The position numbers and the translations under genes are program-made. 64,000 nucleotides of DNA from Octopus vulgaris (lineage: Eukaryota), in the NCBI GenBank assembly GCA_951406725.2, contig OX597814.1, positions 180,048,001 through 180,112,000 on the forward strand. The letters are read 5' to 3'. Positions 13,287 to 25,095 of the stretch are shown piece by piece. The first letter of the stretch is position 1, and every line of letters begins with the position of its first letter. Below the pieces are notes generated by a model. The model saw nothing but the letters and a program-made list of their open reading frames with translations. It searched no databases and was not told the DNA's origin.

Positions 13287-13853
13287 GGCGGCGAGCTGGC
13301 AAAAACGCTCGCCGCCCTTCAAGCATCTCGCCTGGAGCTGGCTCGCCGGGCGAGATGCTTAGCGATATTTCGTCTGCCGCTACGTTCTGAGTTCAAATTC
13401 GGCCGAGGCCGACTTTGCCTTTCATCCTTTCGGGGTCTATTAAATAAGTACCAGTTACGCACTGGTGTCGATATAATCGACTTAATCCGTTTGTCTGTCC
13501 TTGTTTGTCCCCTCTATGTTTAGCCTCTTGTGGGTAGTAAAGAAATAGAAATAGGTATTTCGTCTGCCGTTACGTTCTGAGTTCAAATTCGGCCGAGGCC
13601 GACTTTGCCTTTCATCCTTTCGGGGTCTATTAAATAAGTACCAGTTACGCACTGGTGTCGATATAATCGACTTAATCCGTTTGTCTGTCCTTGTTTGTCC
13701 CCTCTATGTTTAGCCTCTTGTGGGTAGTAAAGAAATAGAAATAGGTATTTCGTCTGCCGTTACGTTCTGAGTTCAAATTCCGCCGAGGTCGACTTTGCCT
13801 TTCATCCTTTGTTCCCTCTATGTTTAGCCCCTTGTGGGCAATAAAGAAATAAG
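13287..13853 (+). mobile_element. SINE family B with 190-bp internal tandem duplication and long TSD
   Basis: The body restarts at 13371, 13561 and 13751. Flanking direct repeat AAACGATATACTTA(T/C)ATTTTTGTTG at about 13262 and 13854. Confidence 0.9.
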
Positions 13854-13907
13854 AAACGATATACTTACATTTTTGTTGCGAATGATTTTAATAAAAGAAT
13901 GTGTGAA

Positions 13908-14055
13908 GTCTTTACGTTCTGCGTTCAAATTCCTCGAGGCCAACTTTCATCCTTTAGGGGTCGATAAATTAAGTACTAGTTATGTACTGGGGTCGATCTA
14001 ATCGGCTGGCCCCCCGCTCCCCAAAAGTTTCGGGCCTTGTGCCTAGAACAGAAAG
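13908..14055 (+). mobile_element. SINE family B variant
   Basis: TTACGTTCTGCGTTCAAATTCC..CATCCTTTAGGGGTCGATAAATTAAGTAC..GGGCCTTGTGCCTAGAA. Confidence 0.8.
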
Positions 14056-14500
14056 AAAAATAAAAGAATATGTAGTTTTAATTATATTGATGGTGACACT
14101 CAACTTGATCGAAACTGAAATTCCAGTTATCAAAATCACGTGCCTATTTTAAAGTTTTTAACTATAAAAAGTCTTTAAGAAAATGTAGCGAAAATTATTC
14201 AGTGAACAAGAAGTATAATTTCAGCAATTGGATATCATGACACAGGTTTCTATTCCAGTAGGAGCAATTGTGTCACTAATGCTATTTGGAAAGCATGAAC
14301 CTCAAATATTTTACAAAAAGAAAAAAAAAAAGCATTGAAAATATTGCTGCAGAAATTACAATTTAAAAATTAAAGTAATAATAAATCCCCTATTATATTT
14401 TGAATTTCTACTTAAAAGTTTGAATCAGAACATTTAAAAAGCTATTTATTTTCAATTTTAGTGAAAAGACCTGCGAGTTTACACATTGAAATTTGTTATT

Positions 14501-14567
<67 letters not shown>

Positions 14568-14569
<2 letters not shown>

Positions 14570-14991
14570 TAGTTGAATGAATTATCCTAGTATGGATAAT
14601 TCGGTTAACCGATACCCGGGTAGCAAATTCACGTCAGAAAACCCGGTTGAAGGTACATGCCAAGGGCAGAGATCACGTGCTTTCGTGTGGAAATTTGTGT
14701 GTTTTTTTTAACTATAAATAAATGAAAGAATGGAGTCGAACGACGATTTAACAAAATTCCTTTATTCTCGACATATGTTTCGAAGACTGTATATTCCTAA
14801 TTTCGAAGGAATAAGGGGTGTCATCTAAAAGTTTTTGTTCGTCATGATGCTGACATAAGTACTTTGTCTTTCCTGATGAGAAGGCGGCATAATGCACCCC
14901 TTATTCCTTCGAAATTAGGAATATGCAGTCTTCGAAACATATGTCGAGAATAAAGGAATTTTGTTAAATCGTCGTTCGACTCCATTCTTTC

Positions 14992-14997
<6 letters not shown>
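14568..14997 (+). mobile_element. Penelope-type pLTR-like insert in (TA)n with 103-bp inverted repeat and hammerhead ribozyme
   Basis: 14718-14820 is the reverse complement of 14895-14997 (1 mismatch). (TA)n lies on both sides; HHR at 14869-14949. Confidence 0.75.
14869..14949 (+). ncRNA. Type I hammerhead ribozyme with extended stem II
   Basis: TTTC-CTGATGA-GAAGGC...GTCTTC-GAAA-CATAT-GTC-GAGA. Stem I is 4 bp (one G-U); stem III ACAUAUGU is palindromic. Confidence 0.7.
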
Positions 14998-15046
<49 letters not shown>

Positions 15047-15100
15047 AAAAATCGCATAACAGCAATTTAAGCAAAATTGTAAGTTATACAATTTTCAAAA

Positions 15101-15396
15101 GTGGAGGACATGGCCTGGTGGTAAGAGCAGTGGACTCGCCGTTGAGGGATCGCGGGTTCGAATTTCATGTGTGTGTTTATGATCGAAACACCTAAGCTCC
15201 ACCTGGCTCTGGCAGAAGGTAATGGCGAACTTCTGCTCACTCTTTCGCCACAACTTTCTCTCATTCTTTCCTCCTGCATCTTGCAGCTCACCTGCGACGG
15301 ACCGGCGTCCCATCCAAGTGGGGAACCTATACGCCAAGGAATCCGGGAAACCGGCCCTTATGAGCCAGGCGTGGATCGAGAAGGAACAAACAACAA
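15101..15396 (+). mobile_element. SINE family D1 (tRNA head, shared central domain, tail ending in (AAC)n)
   Basis: A box TGGCCTGGTGG, B box GGTTCGAAT; central AAACACCTAAGCTCCAC..CTCTTTCGCCACAACTTTCTCTCA; TTTTCAAAA flanks both sides. Confidence 0.75.
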
Positions 15397-16177
15397 GATT
15401 TTCAAAAAGTTTGAGAGCCACTTTTACATTTTGCACTCAGTATTGTCATTAACTTTCATTTTCCTAACTGCAAATAGAATAAACTTTGTTATCTGATCAT
15501 TAGGGCTTTTTTTTAACCTTAAAAAGAGCTTAATTTGAACCTTATTTTCATACATTTTCAACCTTATTTTTTAAACTAATTGAGAGATTTTAACCTCATT
15601 TTAACATTGTTATTAATAAATCCATAAACATTAGGAAGCTCACTCTAGTTTTGATCACTTTATGATATACAATTTTTAAAAATTTCGATTATGAAAATTT
15701 ATTATAATACAATATGATATAATATGATATATTTGTAAGCAAAAGATACCTGTCTTTTGCATGGCTATCTTTCAGCATCCAAAAACAGCATTCTACAGCA
15801 GCTGATGTCATCTGGCATTGTTTCAGGTCTGCATATTCTGCTGCTGAAACTTTGGGGTGGGGGGCATTAACAGCATTATCGAATTGATTTGTTTTTTATT
15901 GTATCTAAAATCAATGTAACTTATGATGCAACATGGGTCTTTGCTGAATTTTAGTTATTTGAGGCTTTTGTAAACATCGTAGATGGTAAATGCCGTATAC
16001 ATATACTATAGACATATCGCATATCTATATTTATATGTAAGCAAAATACGAACCACTGCATGAATCACCCTTCCTAAAAACCTCATACTAAAAATTACTA
16101 TGCCCTTCAATCTACCACTAGTTATGATAACATAAATATTGGAAGGCAACGCATGAAATATGTATGTGTCTATTTAC

Positions 16178-17070
16178 AGATGGGCTGAGGATAATAATAT
16201 GCAGTTTAATGCTGAAAAAATCTAGGCCTTGCGCTACCAGCATCCAAAACTGAATATTAAACTTACGGGATACACCGGTCCACAGGGAATTTCAATCCCA
16301 GAGCCTAAGTCTGTGAGGGGCCTGGGTATCGACATGAGTGATGATACCTCTTTCCAAGTGCACATTACCAGGATGGCGACAAAGTGCAGACGACTGGCTG
16401 GATGGATCCTAAGAACATTCAGAACCAGAGATAAGGAAACCATGATGGTCCTCTGGCGGACATTCGTCCTCAGTCGCCTGGACTACTGCTCACAGCTATT
16501 GTCACCCACCAGTGTAAAATTAACAGCGGACCTAGAAGCAATCCAGAGAAGATTCACAAAGAAGATCGTCTCTTTGGAACAGCTCAGCTACTGGGAAAGG
16601 TTGAAACAGCTAAGACTCTACTCCCTGGAGAGAAGACGGGAGAGGTATGCAGTAATGTATGTCTGGAAGATCCTGGAAGGAATTGTGCCAAATTTTGGCA
16701 TTGTAAGCTACACCAATGCTAGAACGGGACGACACTGCATAGTGCCAAAGATCCCAGCAATGCCATCACGCTTCAGGACCAGCTTCTGCAACAGCCTGGG
16801 TTTCAAGGGCCCACAGCTTTTTAATATTCTCCCAAAGAGTCTGAGGAACTTGCACAAAGTAGATGTAGCAGTTTTTAAATCAAAGCTGGACATCTTCCTG
16901 TCGAAAATCCCAGATGAACCTACCTCACGGCAAGAGGTGCAAATGAGAGTAGCTATGTCAAACTCCATTCTTCACTAAGTGCCACATATTAGAGGAGGTT
17001 CTTCGTAATAACAGTGTAGCACAAAACGGCGGTGCATCAGCATGGCCGCAGCTCTGAGCTGAAACAAGCA

Positions 17071-17080
<10 letters not shown>
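16178..17080 (+). mobile_element. 5'-truncated CR1-group LINE (ORF2 C-terminus + 3' UTR + A tail)
   Basis: ORF 16229-16978 with LDYCSQL.SP, LEAIQRRFTK, LSYWERLKQLRLYSLERRRER; upstream WAEDNNMQFNAEK. The 3' end is GGCGGTGCATCAGCATGGCCGCAGCTCTGAGCTGAAACAAGC followed by an A run. Confidence 0.88.
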
Positions 17081-17101
<21 letters not shown>

Positions 17102-17268
17102 TTCCTTTCATATACCTTTACATTTCTACAAAGTTGTACTCCTCTCACACTCTTTTGTTAGCTTCTATTTTACTCTAATTATTTATCTTCTTATATATTC
17201 CCTAATAGGAATATTGTACTGTTCTTACTAGTAACTGATTCTTATGTATATGTGTACATGTGTATATG

Positions 17269-17359
<91 letters not shown>

Positions 17360-17424
17360 GTGTGTGTGTGTGTATTTATATATACATGCATTAGTTCTCT
17401 GAACTTTTTAGACCCTCTTTTAAA

Positions 17425-17549
17425 CTCTCTGATGAAGCCTAGATGCTCACCCAATAGCCTAATCTTATCTACCGATCACTACAGAACACTGAAGAGATGG
17501 AAATAACAAGTGGGGTATTGTGACCTCTGGGCAGAAACGGCTGTAGGAA
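17425..17549 (+). ncRNA. Degenerate type I hammerhead ribozyme with large loop II
   Basis: CTCT-CTGATGA-AGCCTAGA...(~80 nt)...TCTGGGCA-GAAA-CGGCT-GTA-GGAA. Stem II GCCTAGA/TCTGGGC pairs; the motif lies between TA-rich microsatellites. Confidence 0.55.
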
Positions 17550-17828
17550 ACTGTTCCTTTGCTTTTTCTATTCTAGGAATTACTAGTACTTTTGTATGTA
17601 ATACACAGTCTTTACATATGTATATATATTCTCATAATTGCTTAAAATAAATACATAGACATAATATAATGTCTTATAGTTGATGTATACCATTTCTCTG
17701 TCTCCTCCATTTTCTTCCTGCCGTATATATATATATATATATATATATTATCGAACAGTTAGTACCATCATTCCAAACTAATCACACATCCATTTCTCAA
17801 GCCAGTAACTCATACATATATTTTTGTA

Positions 17829-17859
<31 letters not shown>

Positions 17860-18033
17860 GTGTGTGTAAATATATACATATATTTTTACATGCATACATA
17901 TCGACATGAATTAGTACATATGTACATGCCTAAGTATATATGTACATGGATGCGCACTTATATTAGCACACACATACATACACGCTGGAAGATACACATA
18001 TGCTTCCATAGATACATCACATCCACTCATACA

Positions 18034-18138
<105 letters not shown>

Positions 18139-18195
18139 GCATACATACATAAATACATACATATATAAATGCAAACATACATATATATGTATTTG

Positions 18196-18227
<32 letters not shown>

Positions 18228-18396
18228 CAACTACATAGTTTTAAACATTACTTGGTAATGGCGGAGGAAATCAAGTAGCGCAGCGTCTACTTCCTTCTGG
18301 CGATGACCTTTGCAAAAAGATGTGCGACAGAGCATTTTAAGGTCTCCTTCAGAGGTCAAGATATAATCTCATAATAATTGCCTCATTTTCTTTTAT

Positions 18397-18464
<68 letters not shown>

Positions 18465-18794
18465 ACACATATGTATATATATTCTTTTTCTATCGTCTTC
18501 CTTTACATCTCGCGTCTCTACGCCGAAAGCAAACTTTAAACAATAATCAATTTCTTTCTCTCGCTTTCTTCAACGAATTACTCATCATCTGTCGCCTTTC
18601 CTGACAGAAAGGTTATCTAAGAACGCAGCAGCCGCTTCTTCACCGGTCCTGGTACCCGCCGCTAGAAATATAATTTAGGTGGATCAAATCACAACCTGTC
18701 TACTGTCTTCAATATGGAAGAACACACTTCGATAAAGTAGTCTTTTTCGGCTTTCTTCTTGCTGCCGCCGTATCATCAATACATTAAGGCTGCA

Positions 18795-19255
18795 GTGGTG
18801 GTGGTGGTGGTGGTGCTGTTGTTGTTGTTGTTGTTGTTGTGGTGGTGGTGGTGGTGGTGGTGGTGGTGGTGGTGGTGGTGATGGTGGAGGAGGTGGTGGT
18901 GCTGGTGGTGCTGGTGGTGGTGCTGGTGGTGGTTTTGGTGCTGGTGGTTTTGGTGCTGGTGGTGCTGGTGGTGCTGGTGCTGGTGGTGCTGGTGCTGGTG
19001 CTGCTGGTGCTGGTGATGGTGGTGGTGGTGGTGGTGATGGTGATGGTGGTGCTGGTGCTGGTGTGGCGTCGGTGGCGTCGGTGGCGGCGGCGGCGGCGGC
19101 GACGATGGCGGTGGCGGTGGCAGTGGTGTTGGTGTTGGCGGCGGCGGTGGCAGTGGTGGTGGCGGTGGCGGTGGTGGCGGTGGCGGTGGTGGCGGTGGCG
19201 GTGGTGGCGGTGGCGGTGGTGGCGGTGATGATGGTGGTGGTGGTGGTGGTGGTGG
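18795..19255. repeat. (GGT/GCT/GGC)n trinucleotide-derived low-complexity repeat
   Basis: Direct read; it gives rise to the poly-V and poly-A ORF artefacts. Confidence 0.95.
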
Positions 19256-19350
19256 AGAGAACGGGAAGGTTACAGATCGAACATATTCGATTATAGGTCT
19301 ATTCGATCAGTGCTGATCTGGAATGAAACGACGACGACGACAATAACAAC

Positions 19351-19384
<34 letters not shown>

Positions 19385-19721
19385 ACCACAGCAACCATAT
19401 TAATCCTGTAGAGAGTAGAATAATCTCAGGTCTAGATAAAACCAAGATGATTTCGATTCCCGATTCCTTTTTAATCTAGTTAGGTTCTTTGCGAATTATA
19501 TGAATTTCAAAAAACGTCTATCTAATGGTTTGTGCCTAGTTTATCCGTGCAGCATCTGTATATAGACGTGCCAAATTAGGGATTACACGTATGATATTGA
19601 AAGAATTAATTCAGTGACTAAATCTCCTTTGGAAATTGTACTTACAGACATACGCGTATGTACGTGGATACACATATATACCGACACAAAAACACACACA
19701 CATAAAAATACATACATACAT

Positions 19722-19771
<50 letters not shown>

Positions 19772-19777
<6 letters not shown>

Positions 19778-20189
19778 TAGTTATCGCCATACTAATATGT
19801 CATTCTTATAAAAATAAGAAAAAAGCTGTCCGCTTATTAGCTCCATGAGGCCATCGCCTTAAGTTAGCTATTTGATACACAAACTGTATCCATATAACCT
19901 TCGAACAAGGGAGGTCAGTCGCTCCACACTACTTGACCGGCAGCTACAGACGCGTTTCGGAGTATTGCCCCTTTTCAATGCAGCGTAGCCAGCCAGTAGG
20001 TGTCGCTTCCGACAATCTCTGTTCGATGGTTTTATTTACCTAGTTTCGGTGGAATACATCCACTTGTTTTCAATAATAGAAATATTAAAATTACTAAGTC
20101 TCTCTAAAAGAGAACAGCGGCAGCGTTCCCGGAAAATAATAGTTATCGCCATACTAATATGGCATTCTTATAAAAATAAGAAAAAAGCT
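19772..20189 (-). mobile_element. HHR-bearing retrozyme-like monomer (362 bp + ~55-bp terminal direct repeat) at (TA)n
   Basis: AATAATAGTTATCGCCATACTAATATG(T/G)CATTCTTATAAAAATAAGAAAAAAGCT occurs at 19773 and again at 20135; HHR at 19943-19984 (-). Confidence 0.8.
19943..19984 (-). ncRNA. Type I hammerhead ribozyme, U3:A8 core variant
   Basis: Minus strand GCTGCA-TTGAAAA-GGGG CAATA CTCC-GAAA-CGC-GTC-TGTAGC; palindromic stem III ACGCGU. Confidence 0.7.
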
Positions 20190-20196
20190 ATATATT

Positions 20197-20395
20197 CGCT
20201 ATGATAGATCGCTAGCCACTACGCATTCTTTATTTTCTCTCCTTCTTCCTTTCTGCATTCTTTTCTGTGGAAGAGCGAAGGCTCGAAACATTAAAGACTT
20301 CTTCACTTCCCAAGCGTTAAAATAATACGTTTGTTGTCTACACCACCTGTCTTCGTCTTTTGTTTTTTGGGGGGTTTTCTTGTGAATTCTTCTTA
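20197..20395 (+). mobile_element. Probable Penelope-like pLTR remnant with degenerate minimal HHR
   Basis: CTTTT-CTGTGGAA-GAGC GAAG GCTC-GAAA-CA-TTA-AAG at about 20260-20298, followed by (TA)/(GATA)n. Confidence 0.45.
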
Positions 20396-20402
20396 TATAT
20401 AT

Positions 20403-20533
<131 letters not shown>

Positions 20534-20889
20534 TAGATATATACACACATGCACGCATACATTAAATTTACATATACATACACATGTACATATACACATA
20601 CATAAAACTTATAAATACATAGACGTTCATACATTCGTGCATGCGTACATACATACATCATTCTTCTAAACACTATTCGATAATGGCGGAAATTGTCCCC
20701 TTAAAACATTGCGCTTCAAAGGCTGTTGGTTTTACGTACTGCGTATTTGAAAGACCACCAAAACTGAATATTAAGGAGTATGGCTCAAAGTTTGAAAATG
20801 ACATACTCAACTGAACCCTACATGCCAACCACATACAGTGTGAAGATCATAAACTTAGTATTCCACTGGTTTTGTTTTTTTTACTATAG

Positions 20890-21165
20890 AGGCGCAGGAG
20901 TGGCTGTGTGGTAAGTAGCTTGCTTACAAGCCACATGGTTCCGGGTTCATTCCCACTGTGTGGCACCTTGAGTAAGTGTCTTCTACTATAGCCCTGGGCC
21001 GACCAAAGACTTGTGAGTGGATTTGGTAGACGGAAACTGAAAGAATCCCGTTGCATATATGTATATATATATATATATATAAGTCCTGTGGTCGATTTGC
21101 TCGACTAAAGGCGGTGCTGCAGCATGGCCGTAGTCAAATGACAGAAACAAGTAAAAGATAAAAGA
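20890..21165 (+). mobile_element. SINE family A with internal deletion
   Basis: Head plus (TA)n joined directly to the AAGTCCTGTGGTCGATTTGCTCGAC tail. Confidence 0.85.
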
Positions 21166-22513
21166 TATAAAATGTACTTCATAGCAATTAAGAGACACAC
21201 CAGGAAGAAGCATCACCAACGACAGAATCAATAGCAGCGAAGAAACAAACCATCTCAACTCATTCGTTCAATGGTAAAAATAAACGGGCAAATCTCCCTT
21301 AAATTAAACACTTCTGTCTTTCTGAATGAGAGGCGCTCTTTGATACAACCTATTCTCTCAAAACAGAAAGAATACGTTGAATATTATGTCGGGGAAAATG
21401 ACGGGTTGATCAAGACTGGAACGCTTTTGATCACAAGTCTGCTTAATCAGAATTGATCATGATCTAAAGAATACAACAATAACAACAACAACAACAAAAA
21501 TTTTTAAAAAACGATATTTCACTTCGGGCAGTAACTATTTCAGTAATACGAAGCTAACTTATGACTTTAATACTGATAACATCTCTTCAGAAAAACAAAA
21601 TCTCCATAAACAACTTTAAATTGGAATAATTAGCATTACTGTTCATGGAAAAACCATCACGTCTAAAAAACTCTATAACTGCCTGTTGTTGTTATTGTTG
21701 GTGCTGTTGTTGTTATCGTTGCTGTTACTGTTTTTTCTTGTTCTTGTTGTTGCTGCTGCTGTTGTTGTTATTTTCGTCGTCGTCGTCGACGTTGTTGTTG
21801 TTTAGCTTCGAATCAGCTCTGATCACATACACATACGGTCAAAAACGTTCCAGCTATGATTTTCTCATCCTATTTTCACACTACAGTATCAAGCACGTCC
21901 TACTCCTTTTAGGATAGATTCAGCAGCTGTTTCGTTCAGATCGAGTGACAACGGGGAAGTCTCTTCTCTTTGGCTCATTAGGCTTCTTCTTTGATAGGCC
22001 TCACACACCATAATGTCGTCGAAGCTGACTTAAGTGACTAAAGGCAGGGATAAAAATGATTTCCCGAGAGAGCTTTAAACAAAGGTAGATGAAAGTTTAT
22101 ATCATAAAGAAATAGAAACGGACTACTGAACACCGTCGCCCACTACTTGAAATTTACAGACCTTGCCAACGTTCAGTGTTGTTATTTGTCGTTCAACATC
22201 ACATAACTCTTATTTTTCAGTTTCATCGTGAACAAACAATCTTCGTATTATTTGATATGGTCTAGTATCATTAACCGACTTGACTCCTTCTAAACGCTAT
22301 CCTCACACGCTCATATGCACACACACACACACACACACTAATACACACATACACCACATACATACACGCACACACTGATAAATGTCTGCAAATGTGCTTC
22401 ATATCATTCTATTCCACCCATCCAACCCACACGCCTATTGCCTTGTTCCCACGAATCAAACTCTGATGTGCCGTATTTACAACAGCATTAAAAATTTTCT
22501 TCTTACCTATATG

Positions 22514-22860
22514 AGAGACCCCCCCCCCCCTTCTGTCATGACACTGACCATGGGATTGCACCTAGAAAGTTACCCTCCCAGGCACAAGTCCGTGTAAGGT
22601 TGTTTATGGAAGACCAGCAGTCGCCCCATGCATACCGGCCTCTCCTCTCCACGCCACCAGTGTTACCCAAGGGAAAGGCAACGGCCGAAACAGCTTGGCA
22701 CCTGTAACATCGCAACTCATTTCTACAGCTGAGTGAACGGGAGCAACGTAAAATAAAGTGTCTTGCTCAAGAACACAACACGCAGCCCGGTCCGGGATTC
22801 GAGCTCACAACTTCACGATCGTAAGTTCGACGCTCTAACCACTGAGCCATGCGCCTTCAC
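22514..22860 (-). mobile_element. SINE family C (tRNA-derived)
   Basis: Minus strand GTGAAGGCGCATGGCTCAGTGGTTAGAGCGTCGAAC..GAGCTCGAATCCCGGACCGGGCTGCGTGTTGTGTTCTTGAGCAAGACAC; second copy at 52161-52490. Confidence 0.88.
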
Positions 22861-22963
22861 CTAATAGACTAATAGGAAAAATACTAGACTTAAAATCAAT
22901 GCTGGGGTCGATTTGATTGACTAAAAATCTCTTCAAGTTCGTTTCCTCGTCATGGTTGCTGCA

Positions 22964-23037
22964 GTCCGGTCCGGGATGCGAGCTCACAACCTCACGATCG
23001 TAAGCTCGCCGCACTAACCACTGAGCCATGCGCCTTC
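22964..23037 (-). mobile_element. SINE family C head-only fragment
   Basis: CCGGTCCGGGATGCGAGCTCACAACCTCACGATCG..CTAACCACTGAGCCATGCGCCTTC. Confidence 0.85.
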
Positions 23038-23657
23038 TTAGCTATGCGATGTAAATTATATATCACTATCTATCACTATTTTCGTGTTGATATCATATCA
23101 TTCTTTTGTGTCAATATTGCACACTCACACAGCCTCTCAGAAATCCAAATTCCTCCCTATTGCACCTACGCACACAACCTTTTTCACATACTTAATTACT
23201 TACTCTCACTTACTCACACTACAGATTCTCTCAATCTTTTTTCCTTTTTCCCCATATCTATATTAGCCGCTTGCACTACTCTGCCAAAATACTGTTATCA
23301 CTCGCTTACTTTCTCTCTGCCTTTAGTCGTCATGTATTCCTTTTTCTATCCCTTTACCTTGAAAAAGGAAACACAGTTAGAAACGTCGATATATTTTCCT
23401 GTTTTCGCAGCGTCGTACATTAACTGCACAGATCCGTGTGTTGCTTTTATTGTTCGGTTGCGTTTTCCGTTCTCTTTTGACACACGTAATTGACTGTGGA
23501 TGTACATTCACTGCGCTGACAACAGACGAAACCCATAAAGGATTTCTTATAAAAAGCTTTGAAGCATTTAATTCGAATATCTATTGAGTTACATCGTCGC
23601 TCCTTGTAGCTATTAACATATTACCAATAAATTGGTTGCAGAATATGCTTCAAAATG

Positions 23658-23838
<181 letters not shown>

Positions 23839-24711
23839 TGCTGTTGGTGTTGTTGTTATTGTTGTCACTGTTATTGTCGGTGGTGACGGATGTGGTGTTG
23901 TTGTTATTGTTGTCACTGTTATTGTTGGTGGTGGTGGTGATGCTGGTTGTAGTGTCTAATCCTGAGCCATCGCTGCTTAAGCAAATTTATGTAAAAAGTA
24001 AAAAAAAAAAAACGCCCGGCCTTAACCATTCCGTCAATTTATTTGAGAAATATCTAGGAATGCATTTTCTAACGTATCTTCCCCCTTTTTAACCATGCGA
24101 TGTAATGGATAGTTGTATGCCGTTTCTTACCGGTCGAGTGACTTCACAAATACTCCCTTTTACGCTTGGTGTGTAAGTTGTTGGTGTTGCTCTTGTGGTT
24201 GCTCCCATAGCAATCCCAATCGAGCAGATCCATTATCAAAAGCATTCTAGCTATTACTATCACATTTTTCGCATTATCTGAGACAACATCACTGTACAAT
24301 GTGTTCTATTCTAAAGACAGTTTACGTAATTTGAGAAGAATTTGGTTGCTATTTCTACCAATGATATGCCTTTTCAGTTCAAAACTGCTGCAGGTGTTTA
24401 GTTTTATATTTGAACAGAGAGCTAAATTTTATGCACTTCGTTATGTACTGAGTACATAGAATGGAGAATTTTATCTGAAAGACTGGTGTCCAATCCGGGA
24501 ACAGATATATTTAGCATTTGCTCAACTGCATGAAGCTAAAACCAGGTGATCACACTCGGAACTTCTCAAGGCTTTGGAAGCAGTTATATGGGATACTGCT
24601 CACAGTATGGCTATGGGTTATTTTTGAATTGGTGTCGAAGAGTTCAATAGGTTGAAATGGCGAGGTCAAATTCCGCTTCGGGCTAGTGGAGGGAAATGGA
24701 TAGCAACAGCA

Positions 24712-25095
24712 GTGGAGGCGCAATGGCCCAATGGTTAGGGCAGCGGACTCGCAGTCGGAGGATCGCAGTTTCTATTCCCAGATCGAGCGTTGTGTGTGTT
24801 TATTGAGTGAAAACACCTAAAGCTCCACGAGGCTCCGGCAGGGGTGGTGGTGACCCCTGTTGTACTCTTTCGCTCCAACTTTCCCTCACTCTTTCTTCCT
24901 GTTTCTTGTCCCCGACTTCCTACGCAACCGCTGAGCCTGGATGCGCATTCATTCATCCGTCGATGCTCTCGGTGTCGGGGGTTGACCTGCTTCCTCTTCT
25001 GCGGGTCTTACGAATAGCAAAGGACCTCGTTGCGGACTTACCCCACTACAGGAGGCGCGATCTGAAGACCGCTTTGCTCAACAAACAAACAAAAA
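24712..25095 (+). mobile_element. SINE family D2 (same head and central domain as D1, different tail)
   Basis: GTGGAGGCGCAATGGCCCAATGGTTAGGGCAGCGGACTCGC head; AAAACACCTAAAGCTCCACGAGGCTCCGGCAG domain; TSD ATAGCAACAGCA at about 24700 and 25099. Confidence 0.8.

Noticed and set aside
23365-23395. TTGAAAAAGG..GAAACGTCG as a minimal HHR
   Set aside because: Stems I and II do not pair convincingly.
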